From an uncultured Bacteroides sp. (GTDB lineage: Bacteria > Bacteroidota > Bacteroidia > Bacteroidales > Muribaculaceae): 64,000 bases of DNA. The DNA is taken from NCBI GenBank assembly GCA_964564465.1, contig CAZMAO010000005.1, positions 4,471-68,470 of the forward strand, given 5' to 3'. Shown here one piece after another: positions 42,434 through 51,067 of this stretch (position 1 is the first letter of the stretch; each line of letters opens with the position of its first letter). The notes beneath the pieces are model-generated. The model did no database searches. It was not told where the DNA came from and saw only the letters and a list, made by a program, of their open reading frames with translations. Position numbers and translations under genes: made by a program.

Positions 42434-43699
42434 ATGAAAAATTCAAATCGTAATTTATATCCATGGATTGTGGTAGGGCTACTTTGGGTTGTCGCGCTGC
42501 TCAATTACATGGACAGGCAGATGCTCTCAACCATGCGCGATGCCATGGCAATCGACATCTCCGAGCTTGAAAACAAAGTGCTTTTCGGTAAGATAATGGC
42601 CGCATTCATGTGGATTTACGGCTGCATGAGTCCGATAAGCGGAATAGTTGCCGACCGCGTTAACCGCAAATGGCTTATCGTAGTAAGCCTTGCTGTGTGG
42701 AGTGCCGTGACGCTTGCCATGGGCTACGCCCAGAACTATCAGCAGGTTTACTGGCTTCGCGCAGCGATGGGTGTGAGTGAAGCCCTTTACATTCCGGCAG
42801 CACTTTCGTTGATTGCCGACTATTTCACAGGCAAACAGCTCAGCCTGGCGATCGGCATCCACATGACAGGTCTTTACATGGGACAGGCTGTAGGCGGATT
42901 CGGCGCTTTCGTAGCCGACCATATTTCGTGGCAATCCACGTTCCACTGGTTCGGCATGGCCGGCATAGTCTATGCCTTTATCCTGATTCTGTTCCTGCAT
43001 GAAAAGAGGAAGAATTCATTTGAAACCGCAAAAGAGATTAAGGAAAAGGCGCCTCTTGCCAAGGTGCTTAAGGAAAACCTCCGGGCGGTGGGCTCGTCGC
43101 TTGGAATGCTGTTGACATGCGTGGCGTTCTATGCAATTCTGTTTTTCTTCGCATCCACATCAATTCCCGGCTGGGCCACCAAAAACTGGCTTCCCACACT
43201 TTTTGCCGACTCTTTAGGCATAGAGATGGCTTTAGCCGGCCCGGTGGCCACCATAACAATTGCCGCAGCATCATTTATCGGCGTTATGGTCGGTGGTCCG
43301 CTCGCCGACAGCTGGAGCCGCCGCAATCTGCGCGGACGCATATACACCAGCTCGATTGGCTTGACAATGATGATACCCGCCCTTGTGCTTATGGGCTACG
43401 GCTCTACGCTTGTAGCCGCCATCGGTGCCGGATTGCTCTTCGGCCTGGGCTACGGACTGTTCGATGCAAACAACATGCCTATCCTCTGCCAGTTTGTGCC
43501 GAGCCGTTCACGCGCCACAGCCTACGGCATCATGAACATGTCGGGTCTGTTTATCGGTGCATTGGCAACCGATTTCCTTGGAAAACTCGCGCAAGAAGGG
43601 CATATGGGCGACGGTTTCGTGCTTATGGCAGCGGCACTGTGCCTGTCACTGTTCGCGCAACTGTTCGTGCTCAGACCCACAACCCTCAACAAAGAATAA
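42434..43699 (+). CDS. MFS transporter, probable sialic acid permease (NanT-like)
   Basis: LNYMDRQ, GIVADRVNRK, ~12 TMs; first gene of the nan cluster. Confidence 0.8.
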   Translation: MKNSNRNLYPWIVVGLLWVVALLNYMDRQMLSTMRDAMAIDISELENKVLFGKIMAAFMWIYGCMSPISGIVADRVNRKWLIVVSLAVWSAVTLAMGYAQNYQQVYWLRAAMGVSEALYIPAALSLIADYFTGKQLSLAIGIHMTGLYMGQAVGGFGAFVADHISWQSTFHWFGMAGIVYAFILILFLHEKRKNSFETAKEIKEKAPLAKVLKENLRAVGSSLGMLLTCVAFYAILFFFASTSIPGWATKNWLPTLFADSLGIEMALAGPVATITIAAASFIGVMVGGPLADSWSRRNLRGRIYTSSIGLTMMIPALVLMGYGSTLVAAIGAGLLFGLGYGLFDANNMPILCQFVPSRSRATAYGIMNMSGLFIGALATDFLGKLAQEGHMGDGFVLMAAALCLSLFAQLFVLRPTTLNKE

Positions 43700-43732
43700 T
43701 CATAAGTTTCAATAACCCCTAAATAAAAGAAA

Positions 43733-44656
43733 ATGAAATTTGAAAAAATAGAAGGACTTATCGACGCTCCTTTCACTCCCATGAACCCCGACGGTTCAAT
43801 AAACATAGAACCTATTCCGGCCTACGCACAGATGCTTGTTAAAAACGGACTGCAAGGTGTGTTTATAAACGGGTCGAGCGGTGAAGGCTATATGCTGACC
43901 ACCGACGAACGCAAACAACTTGCCGAAGCATGGATGGCTGCCGCACCCGAAGGATTCAAAGTTATTGTTCACGTTGGCAGCTGCTGCGCCACCGAAGCGC
44001 GCGAACTTGCCCGTCATGCTGCCGAAATCGGCGCATGGGGCATCGGCGCCATGGCTCCCCCCTTTCCGAAAATCGGCTCGGCAAAACAACTTGTCGACTA
44101 TGTTGAACTGATTGCTTCCGGAGCACCTGAACTTCCCTTCTACTATTATCACATTCCGGCATTCAACGGAGCCTATATCAGCATGCTCGAGTTCCTGAAG
44201 GAAGCCGAGAACCGCGTTCCTAACCTTGCAGGCATCAAATTCACATTCGAATCGCTTTACGAATATAATCAGTGCCGCCTCTACAAAGAGGGCAAATATG
44301 ACCTTCTGCACGGTCAGGACGAAACCATTCTTCCCTGTCTGGCCATGGGTGGCGCCCGCGGAGGCATTGGCGGAACCACCAACTATAACGGCCGCGAGCT
44401 TGTCGCAATTATCGATGCCTGGAAACATGGCGACATTGAAGCGGCCAGGCAGCATCAGGATTTCGCTCAGGAAGTTATAAATGTGATCTGCCGTTTCCGC
44501 GGCAACATTGTGGGAGGCAAACGCATAATGAAACTTATCGGACTCGACTTGGGTCCGAACCGTGTGCCTTTCGTGAACATAACCCTCGAGGAGGAGGAAG
44601 AAATGCGGCGCCAGCTTATGGAGATTGATTTTTTTGAACGATGCAATAAATTCTGA
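43733..44656 (+). CDS. nanA: N-acetylneuraminate lyase (DHDPS family)
   Basis: GSSGEG, YYYHIP, catalytic GIKFT, GGTTNY; nan cluster context. Confidence 0.88.
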   Translation: MKFEKIEGLIDAPFTPMNPDGSINIEPIPAYAQMLVKNGLQGVFINGSSGEGYMLTTDERKQLAEAWMAAAPEGFKVIVHVGSCCATEARELARHAAEIGAWGIGAMAPPFPKIGSAKQLVDYVELIASGAPELPFYYYHIPAFNGAYISMLEFLKEAENRVPNLAGIKFTFESLYEYNQCRLYKEGKYDLLHGQDETILPCLAMGGARGGIGGTTNYNGRELVAIIDAWKHGDIEAARQHQDFAQEVINVICRFRGNIVGGKRIMKLIGLDLGPNRVPFVNITLEEEEEMRRQLMEIDFFERCNKF

Positions 44657-44665
44657 TACACAACA

Positions 44666-45859
44666 ATGTGGAGAACCGACACAAAAAGCTACCTGACCCA
44701 TTGGCAGGAACGCTACCGCACCGACCTTGTTGATAACATTCTTCCTTTCTGGCTGCGTCACGGACTTGACCGTGTTCACGGAGGAGTCTACACCTGCCTC
44801 GACCGCGAAGGCAAACTGATGGACGGAACAAAATCAGTATGGTTTCAGGGCAGATGCGCGTTTGTCTATTCCTTTGCCTACAACAACGTATGCCGCAAGG
44901 ATGAATATCTTGAAATGGCAAAAAGCTGCCTCGATTTCATTGAAAAATACTGTTTTGACAAAGACGGACGCATGTATTTCGAAGTGGCCGCCGACGGCAC
45001 TCCGCTCCGTAAACGCCGCTATGTGTTTTCAGAATGCTTCGCTGCGATTGCCATGAGCGAATATTCTCTCGCCACCGGCAACAGAGCCTACGCAGAAAAG
45101 GCACTGAATCTTTTCAAGGATATAGTGCGCTTCACCACCACCCCCGGCATTCTCGAACCGAAATATCTGTCGGCTATGGATGGCACACGCGGCCACTCCA
45201 TAACAATGATTCTGATAAACACGGCATCACGCATACGCGAAGTTATAAGCGATCCGATTCTTGAAGAAACCATCGACAAGTCGCTTCACGACATAAAAAC
45301 CTACTTCATGCATCCGGAATTTGAGGCTGTGCTTGAAATGACCGGCCCCAACGGAGAACTTATCGATACGCTTGCCGGACGTGTAATCAATCCCGGCCAC
45401 TGCATTGAAACATCATGGTTTCTGCTTGAGGAAGCAAAACACCGCAACTGGGACAAGGAACTCACCGAAACCGCCCTAACCATTCTCGACTGGAGCTGGA
45501 AATGGGGCTGGGACAATCATTTCGGCGGAATCATAAACTTCCGCGACTGCAAGGGATTCCCCGCACAGGACTATTCGCAGGACATGAAATTCTGGTGGCC
45601 GCAAACCGAAGCCATAATAGCTACGCTTTACGCCTACGAAGCAACCGGCAACAGCAAATATCTGGAAATGCATCAGCTGGCCAATGACTGGGCCTATGAA
45701 TTTCTGCCCGATGCCGTTTACGGCGAATGGTTCGGTTATCTGCACCGCGACGGTTCAGTGGCACAGAGTGCAAAAGGCAACCTGTTCAAAGGTCCTTTCC
45801 ACATTCCGCGCATGATGATAAAGAGCCAGCAGATAATCAGTGAAATTCTGAAAAAATGA
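44666..45859 (+). CDS. nanE: N-acylglucosamine 2-epimerase (AGE family; Bacteroides NanE-type)
   Basis: KSVWFQGR, NPGHCIETSWF, KFWWPQTE, EWFGYLHRDG, KGPFHIPR. Confidence 0.88.
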   Translation: MWRTDTKSYLTHWQERYRTDLVDNILPFWLRHGLDRVHGGVYTCLDREGKLMDGTKSVWFQGRCAFVYSFAYNNVCRKDEYLEMAKSCLDFIEKYCFDKDGRMYFEVAADGTPLRKRRYVFSECFAAIAMSEYSLATGNRAYAEKALNLFKDIVRFTTTPGILEPKYLSAMDGTRGHSITMILINTASRIREVISDPILEETIDKSLHDIKTYFMHPEFEAVLEMTGPNGELIDTLAGRVINPGHCIETSWFLLEEAKHRNWDKELTETALTILDWSWKWGWDNHFGGIINFRDCKGFPAQDYSQDMKFWWPQTEAIIATLYAYEATGNSKYLEMHQLANDWAYEFLPDAVYGEWFGYLHRDGSVAQSAKGNLFKGPFHIPRMMIKSQQIISEILKK

Positions 45860-48800
45860 GAATACTCGTTTTGCTGGCGGCTATAACACTGTTATTGCCG
45901 GCACATGCCGCTGAAAAAATAAAAGTGGCATGCGTCGGCAACAGCATTACATACGGGCTTACAGTTGAAAACCGAGAGCAAAACGCATATCCATACGCAC
46001 TTCAGCGGCTGTTGGGCGATGAGAAATATGACGTACGCAATTTCGGACGCTCCGGCGCCACGCTTCTTGAAAAAGGTCACTTCCCCTACGTTAAGCAGAG
46101 TGAATGCGATTCGGCGCTTGCCTTCCGACCCGACATAGCTGTCATACACTTAGGAATCAATGACACCGATCCGAGAAACTGGCCAAACCACAACAGTGAA
46201 TTCATCACCGACTATGTGAGGCTCATAAACCGTTTCAAGGAAATGAACAGCAATGTACGCATACTCATTGCACGGCTCACACCTTTGTCGGCCAGACACT
46301 ACCGTTTCCGCACAGGAACACGCGACTGGCGCATACAGGCTCAGAAGGCCATTGAACAGGTTGCCACGGCCACCGGAGCTGAGCTGATTGACTTCGATGC
46401 CCCGCTGCGCGACCGGCAGGACCTGATGCCAGATGGTATCCACCCCAATGCCGAAGGGTCATTACTGCTTGCAGAAACCGCCTTCAAAGCCATAACAGGC
46501 AATTACGGAGGTCTGCGCCTGCCCGATATATGGCAAAGCGGCATGGTGGTGCAACGTGGCCGTCCGCTCACAATTTCCGGAACAGCCGATGCCGGTTCAA
46601 CCGTCACCGCAAGGCTCGACGGCGTTAAACGCACCACACGGGCCAACAACCGTGGCGAATGGGAAATCACAACCGCACCGCTTGTGGCCGGCGGTCCTTA
46701 CACTCTGTCAGTGACAGATGGCAGAAAAACTGTTGAACTTACCGACATTCTTGCCGGCGAAGTTTGGATTGCGAGCGGCCAGAGCAACATGCAGTTTCCG
46801 CTTTCCGCATCGGCGGAAAGCTACAGCTGCGTAAGCCAAGCTTACGACCCGCACCTTCGGATACTTAACATAGAACCGGTTGCCTACACCGACAACAGCG
46901 TGTGGAGCGACAGCATCCGCAGGCTAACCGATAAACTCCTGTACTTCCGGCCTGCCCGATGGGAAAGCATTTCTCCGGAAAACGCCGGCCGATTCTCTGC
47001 CGTAGCCTACCATTTCGCACGTTCGCTGCGTGACTCGCTGCAGGTTCCGGTAGGGATAATAATGAATGCCGTAGGTGGTGCGACAACCGAATCATGGACC
47101 GACGTAAACACACTTGAGCAGGTAATGCCTGAGATTCTGATAAACTGGCGGCATAACGACTATGTGCAGCCGTGGGCGCAGGAACGCGCCCGCCACAATG
47201 CCGGCACACACAGACATCCCCACGAACCCGGCTATCTTTTCAGTGCCGCCATCCGTCCGCTCGGTCCGGTGGAGGTTGCAGGGGTAATCTGGTATCAGGG
47301 AGAATCGAACGCCCACAACATAGAACTTCATGAACAGCTGTTCCCCGCCATGATCCAAAGCTGGCGCAAACAGCTGAGACAGCCCGACATGCCTCTGATT
47401 TTCGCCCAGCTAAGCGGAATCGACCGCCCTTCGTGGCCACAGTTCCGCGACAGCCAGCGACGCATGGCACAAACCGTGCCAAACAGCTATATGGCGGTGA
47501 CATTCGACCACGGCGATTCGCTCGACGTACATCCCCGTGAAAAACTTCCGGTTGGCAGGCGCATGGCATATCTGGCGCTGCAACATGTTTACGGACACAA
47601 TCTTAACGCCGACTCTCCCAATCCTGTCAAAGCAACGGAACATAACGACACTGTTACCGTTCATTTCGAAAACGCAGACCAATGGATCATAGCCCAGGGG
47701 CGTTCCCTGTTCGAACTGGCAGGGGTCGACGGCATTTTTCATAAAGCCGACTTTAAAACCGGCAGCCACGGAACCATAACGGTTCACTCAAAGCACGTAG
47801 CCTTTCCATGCAAATTGCGCTACGCATGGCTTCCCTATGCACAACCAAACATTTATAACTCCTACAACCTTCCGCTTGGAACATTTGAAATGGAAACAGA
47901 ACATCAGGAATCCAAACAGCCCGAACAGGGCATTGAACACGGCCTGTCAGGTCTGGGAGCAGCACTGGTAGACAACCGGCTGATTACAGCCGGCGGATGC
48001 AACTTTCCGGTTGATCCGCTCGGTGCCAAGAGTCAGAAAAAATTCTACAGCGGCATCTACGCCTGCAATCCTCACGACGGCAGTCAGCAACGGATAGGCA
48101 CTCTGCCACTGCCAATGGCCTATATGAGTTCATGTCAGCAAGCCGACAAGCTGATTCTCATAGGAGGCATTTCCGGCAACGACGGCTTGAAACAGACTCT
48201 TGAAATAACCGTTGCCGTTGGTAATGCTACCGTCGCCGAGCTTCAGGCGCTTCCCTTCACATTCGATAACGGAGCAGCTGCCATTACACCCGACAACCGC
48301 ATATTCATTGCCGGCGGAAACATGAACGGCATTCCGAGCCGCGAACTGTGGGTTCTTGACCACGGCAAATGGAGCAAATTCGCCACCATGCCGGGAAATC
48401 CACGTGTGCAGCCGGTAATGGTTTCGGCAAAAAACAACAACGGCGATGAGTGTCTGTGGATATGGGGCGGATTCGCACCACGTCACAACAAACAGGAGCC
48501 TACCCTTGAACTCGAAGGTCTGTGCCTGAATCTGAAAACAAAAAAATGGAGCGAACTGCCGGCGCTTAACAATGCTGATGGCGAAAAGCTGTCGGTTGGC
48601 GGAGGCACCGCCTGCACCCTGAGCAACGGCGAAATAGCTGTTTGCGGTGGGGTTAACAAGGATATATTCATAGAAGCGCTGCGAAATCAGGCTCCGGACT
48701 ATCTCGACCATCCGGTTGCTTGGTATCGTTTTAACCCGAACGTAATCATTTTCAATCCATCCGACTGCACCCAACGTGTGGCGGCAACATCGCCCGACTA

Positions 48801-48918
48801 CGCCCGCGCCGGAGCAGCAATGACCGCGACCACCGACAACGGATTCATTCTTGCAGGCGGCGAAGTCCGTCCCCGCATACGCACCGCCGAAATAGAAATT
48901 TTTAAACTTAACAAATGA
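45856..48918 (+). CDS. Secreted fusion: GDSL/SGNH esterase + sialate O-acetylesterase + Kelch-like cyclically permuted mutarotase (NanM-like)
   Basis: GNSIT/GRSG/GIND/DGIHP (SGNH); GQSNM, WYQGESN, DVHP (SASA); AGGCNFP, IGG, AGG, WGG, GGVNKDIF, RAGAA, GGEVRPRIRT (mutarotase Kelch propeller). Confidence 0.85.
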   Translation: MRILVLLAAITLLLPAHAAEKIKVACVGNSITYGLTVENREQNAYPYALQRLLGDEKYDVRNFGRSGATLLEKGHFPYVKQSECDSALAFRPDIAVIHLGINDTDPRNWPNHNSEFITDYVRLINRFKEMNSNVRILIARLTPLSARHYRFRTGTRDWRIQAQKAIEQVATATGAELIDFDAPLRDRQDLMPDGIHPNAEGSLLLAETAFKAITGNYGGLRLPDIWQSGMVVQRGRPLTISGTADAGSTVTARLDGVKRTTRANNRGEWEITTAPLVAGGPYTLSVTDGRKTVELTDILAGEVWIASGQSNMQFPLSASAESYSCVSQAYDPHLRILNIEPVAYTDNSVWSDSIRRLTDKLLYFRPARWESISPENAGRFSAVAYHFARSLRDSLQVPVGIIMNAVGGATTESWTDVNTLEQVMPEILINWRHNDYVQPWAQERARHNAGTHRHPHEPGYLFSAAIRPLGPVEVAGVIWYQGESNAHNIELHEQLFPAMIQSWRKQLRQPDMPLIFAQLSGIDRPSWPQFRDSQRRMAQTVPNSYMAVTFDHGDSLDVHPREKLPVGRRMAYLALQHVYGHNLNADSPNPVKATEHNDTVTVHFENADQWIIAQGRSLFELAGVDGIFHKADFKTGSHGTITVHSKHVAFPCKLRYAWLPYAQPNIYNSYNLPLGTFEMETEHQESKQPEQGIEHGLSGLGAALVDNRLITAGGCNFPVDPLGAKSQKKFYSGIYACNPHDGSQQRIGTLPLPMAYMSSCQQADKLILIGGISGNDGLKQTLEITVAVGNATVAELQALPFTFDNGAAAITPDNRIFIAGGNMNGIPSRELWVLDHGKWSKFATMPGNPRVQPVMVSAKNNNGDECLWIWGGFAPRHNKQEPTLELEGLCLNLKTKKWSELPALNNADGEKLSVGGGTACTLSNGEIAVCGGVNKDIFIEALRNQAPDYLDHPVAWYRFNPNVIIFNPSDCTQRVAATSPDYARAGAAMTATTDNGFILAGGEVRPRIRTAEIEIFKLNK

Positions 48919-49682
48919 ACCGTACAGACAAAATACATGACCTGGCCGTTTCGAACTACGGCACAGCCCGTCAAGGTAACTATCAGATAGCCATACTGCC
49001 GTGGGGCGCCACCGAACCCCACAATCTCCACCTTCCCTATCTAACCGATTCGATTCTTAGCCACGACATAGCTGTCGATGCGGCCGCATTGGCCGATGAA
49101 CGCTACGGCCTGCGGGCTATGGTTATGCCGGCTGTTACATTAGGCGCACAAAATCCCGGACAACGCGACCTGCGCTTCTGCGTTCATGCCCGCTACGAAA
49201 CTCAGAAAGCGGTGCTCACCGACATAGTGGCCTCCCTCCACAATCAAGGAATCAAACGTCTGCTGATTATTAACGGACACGGGGGTAATGTTTTCAAACC
49301 TATGATACGCGATCTCGCCGTTGATTATCCCGATATGCTTATTGCATCAAGCGAATGGTTCAAAATGGCCCCGGCAAAAGAATATTTCGAGCAACCCGAC
49401 GACCATGCCGACGAACTTGAAACTTCAGTTATGATGCACTATCATCCTGAGCTCGTGAACATTGCCGAGGCAGGCGAGGGAAAGCACAAAACATTCGCTT
49501 CCGAAGCTCTCCGCACCGGCAAAGCATGGATTCCCCGCAACTGGCTGGAGGTGAGCAGCGACACCGGCATCGGTGACCCGCGCCTTGCAACCGCAGCCAA
49601 AGGAGAAGCCTTTGCAGCGGCAGTGACAAACGCATACGCTACCCTGCTTCACGAACTCACGCAGCCCCTTTACACTGCGTAA
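48915..49682 (+). CDS. Creatininase family amidohydrolase
   Basis: PWGATEPHNLHLP..TD, NGHGGN, DHADELETS, GIGDP. Confidence 0.9.
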   Translation: MNRTDKIHDLAVSNYGTARQGNYQIAILPWGATEPHNLHLPYLTDSILSHDIAVDAAALADERYGLRAMVMPAVTLGAQNPGQRDLRFCVHARYETQKAVLTDIVASLHNQGIKRLLIINGHGGNVFKPMIRDLAVDYPDMLIASSEWFKMAPAKEYFEQPDDHADELETSVMMHYHPELVNIAEAGEGKHKTFASEALRTGKAWIPRNWLEVSSDTGIGDPRLATAAKGEAFAAAVTNAYATLLHELTQPLYTA

Positions 49683-49741
49683 CCCCACGAAAGCAGAAAC
49701 GGAAATGCAGGGATGTTAACTTATCGCGTCCGGAGGCAGGT

Positions 49742-49888
49742 GGTGCAACTCCTGCTGGAGTTGAGGAAGGGAGTGGCGTTGGACCCCAGAGAGGGCGCTA
49801 CGCTCCCACTCTGGGGATTCCATAATTAAGCCGCTTACTGCGGCTTTGCCACGAATAGATGCCCCGGAAGGGGTTGAACACCGCATCT
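49742..49888. repeat. REP/REPIN-like multi-hairpin palindromic element
   Basis: Hairpins CAACTCC/GGAGTTG (49746-49763), CCCCAGAG/CTCTGGGG (49784-49816), AAGCCGC/GCGGCTT (49828-49846), CCCC/GGGG (49862-49873); imperfect outer inverted repeats. Confidence 0.55.
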
Positions 49889-49940
49889 GCCAAGCACGTC
49901 GCTACGAGTTGTTGATAACCAGTGGATTACACTCTAACAT

Positions 49941-50675
49941 TTACAGCTTGGGGGTGACTTGCTTGAAGGCATAAGTGCGGAGCTGCCCTGCTGTTGTCTG
50001 CAAGGTGAGATGCCCCATCGGACCGATAGAATGAATCCGCGCCTCAAACGCTTCGCCCGATGCCACATCCACATACGGATAATAGCCCTCGCCGCGCCAA
50101 AGTCGCGAAAAATATTGCGAAGCAATTTCCATAACACCTTCTTCTGCCTGCAATCGGTCGACAGCCGCCAGCATCTCAGCCACAAACTCCGTGGCAAGCT
50201 CCACAACAGAAAATTCTCTCCCCGCTAACTGAGCCATTGAAACCGGATTGGGAGCATCGCTTTTAAACAGCGTCTGATTAACATTTATTCCGACGCCGAC
50301 AATGCATCGCGAAATTACATTTCCTGTCAATGAGTTTTCAATCAATATGCCGCATATTTTCCTGTCTCCGGCATAAATGTCGTTCGGCCACTTTATGCTC
50401 AGCTGTGCCTGTAAGCCTAAACGCTGCTCAAGCACAGTAACAATAGCAAGACTAACAGCTTGACTTATTGCAAACTGCCGCGACACTTCGACCCATGCCG
50501 GACGCAACAGCAAACTGAACGTCAAATTTTTCCCGGGCTCACTCTCCCAGGAATTGCCGCGCTGACCCCGTCCGGCAGTCTGCGCACGTGCAATCACTGC
50601 CGTGCCATGTTCAGGATTTTCACGCGCAACAACATTGTTGGTAGAGTCACACTCATCGAGCCAAATCAGTTTCAT
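49941..50675 (-). CDS. birA: Biotin--[acetyl-CoA-carboxylase] ligase (group I, no HTH)
   Basis: DSTN, QTAGRGQRGNSW, IKWPNDI, KICGILIE, GVGINV. Confidence 0.95.
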   Translation of the reverse strand: MKLIWLDECDSTNNVVARENPEHGTAVIARAQTAGRGQRGNSWESEPGKNLTFSLLLRPAWVEVSRQFAISQAVSLAIVTVLEQRLGLQAQLSIKWPNDIYAGDRKICGILIENSLTGNVISRCIVGVGINVNQTLFKSDAPNPVSMAQLAGREFSVVELATEFVAEMLAAVDRLQAEEGVMEIASQYFSRLWRGEGYYPYVDVASGEAFEARIHSIGPMGHLTLQTTAGQLRTYAFKQVTPKL

Positions 50676-50769
50676 GCTGCAAAATTACACAATTCAAGGT
50701 AAGTAACAAGGTATGATCTCAACTTACACACAAGCATATCATGTAAACTTCACATTCCTGACATTTTCT

Positions 50770-50799
50770 TTTGCCATACGTAAAATTTATTTAACTTTG
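50770..50799 (+). promoter_or_regulatory. Bacteroidetes sigma-A promoter preceding a structured leader
   Basis: TTTG 50770-50773 and TAACTTTG 50792-50799. Confidence 0.65.
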
Positions 50800-50864
50800 C
50801 AAACGGAAAGGTGTAAAACCATCCGCGACAATAAAATAATAGAAGCGTTATGTCTTCTTCTTGT

Positions 50865-51020
50865 AAGTGAAAAGCCTAGGAAACTTATATCACGAGAACA
50901 AGAGATGGCAAAAGGCTTCCACGTATATAGCGTGGGCCTGTTGTACCCATATCTGTTCTCCAAGGTTTTCCTAGCACCTTCACTTTAAGACGTGGCATAC
51001 AGTTCCACGCTTTCTTTTCT
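50865..51020 (+). promoter_or_regulatory. Putative structured cis-regulatory RNA leader (long hairpin plus terminator-like hairpin with alternative pairings)
   Basis: Nested complementary segments from 50865 to 50985, then CGTGG/CCACG hairpin (50991-51009) with a U-rich tail. Confidence 0.55.
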
Positions 51021-51067
51021 ATAATATGGTTCATGGAGCTGGGAACCAAAAGGAAAACCAATTGATT

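Noticed and set aside
43796-44779. 327-aa minus-strand ORF
   Set aside because: Antisense to nanA; shadow ORF arising from codon bias.
49742-49888. tRNA, CRISPR array or riboswitch interpretation of the multi-hairpin element
   Set aside because: No TTC T-loop or CCA cloverleaf, no direct repeat-spacer periodicity, and it lies between convergent 3' ends rather than in a leader.
50713-50988. 91-aa ORF spanning the promoter and leader
   Set aside because: It starts upstream of the predicted promoter and runs through promoter DNA; only the final 27 codons are retained as a possible leader peptide.
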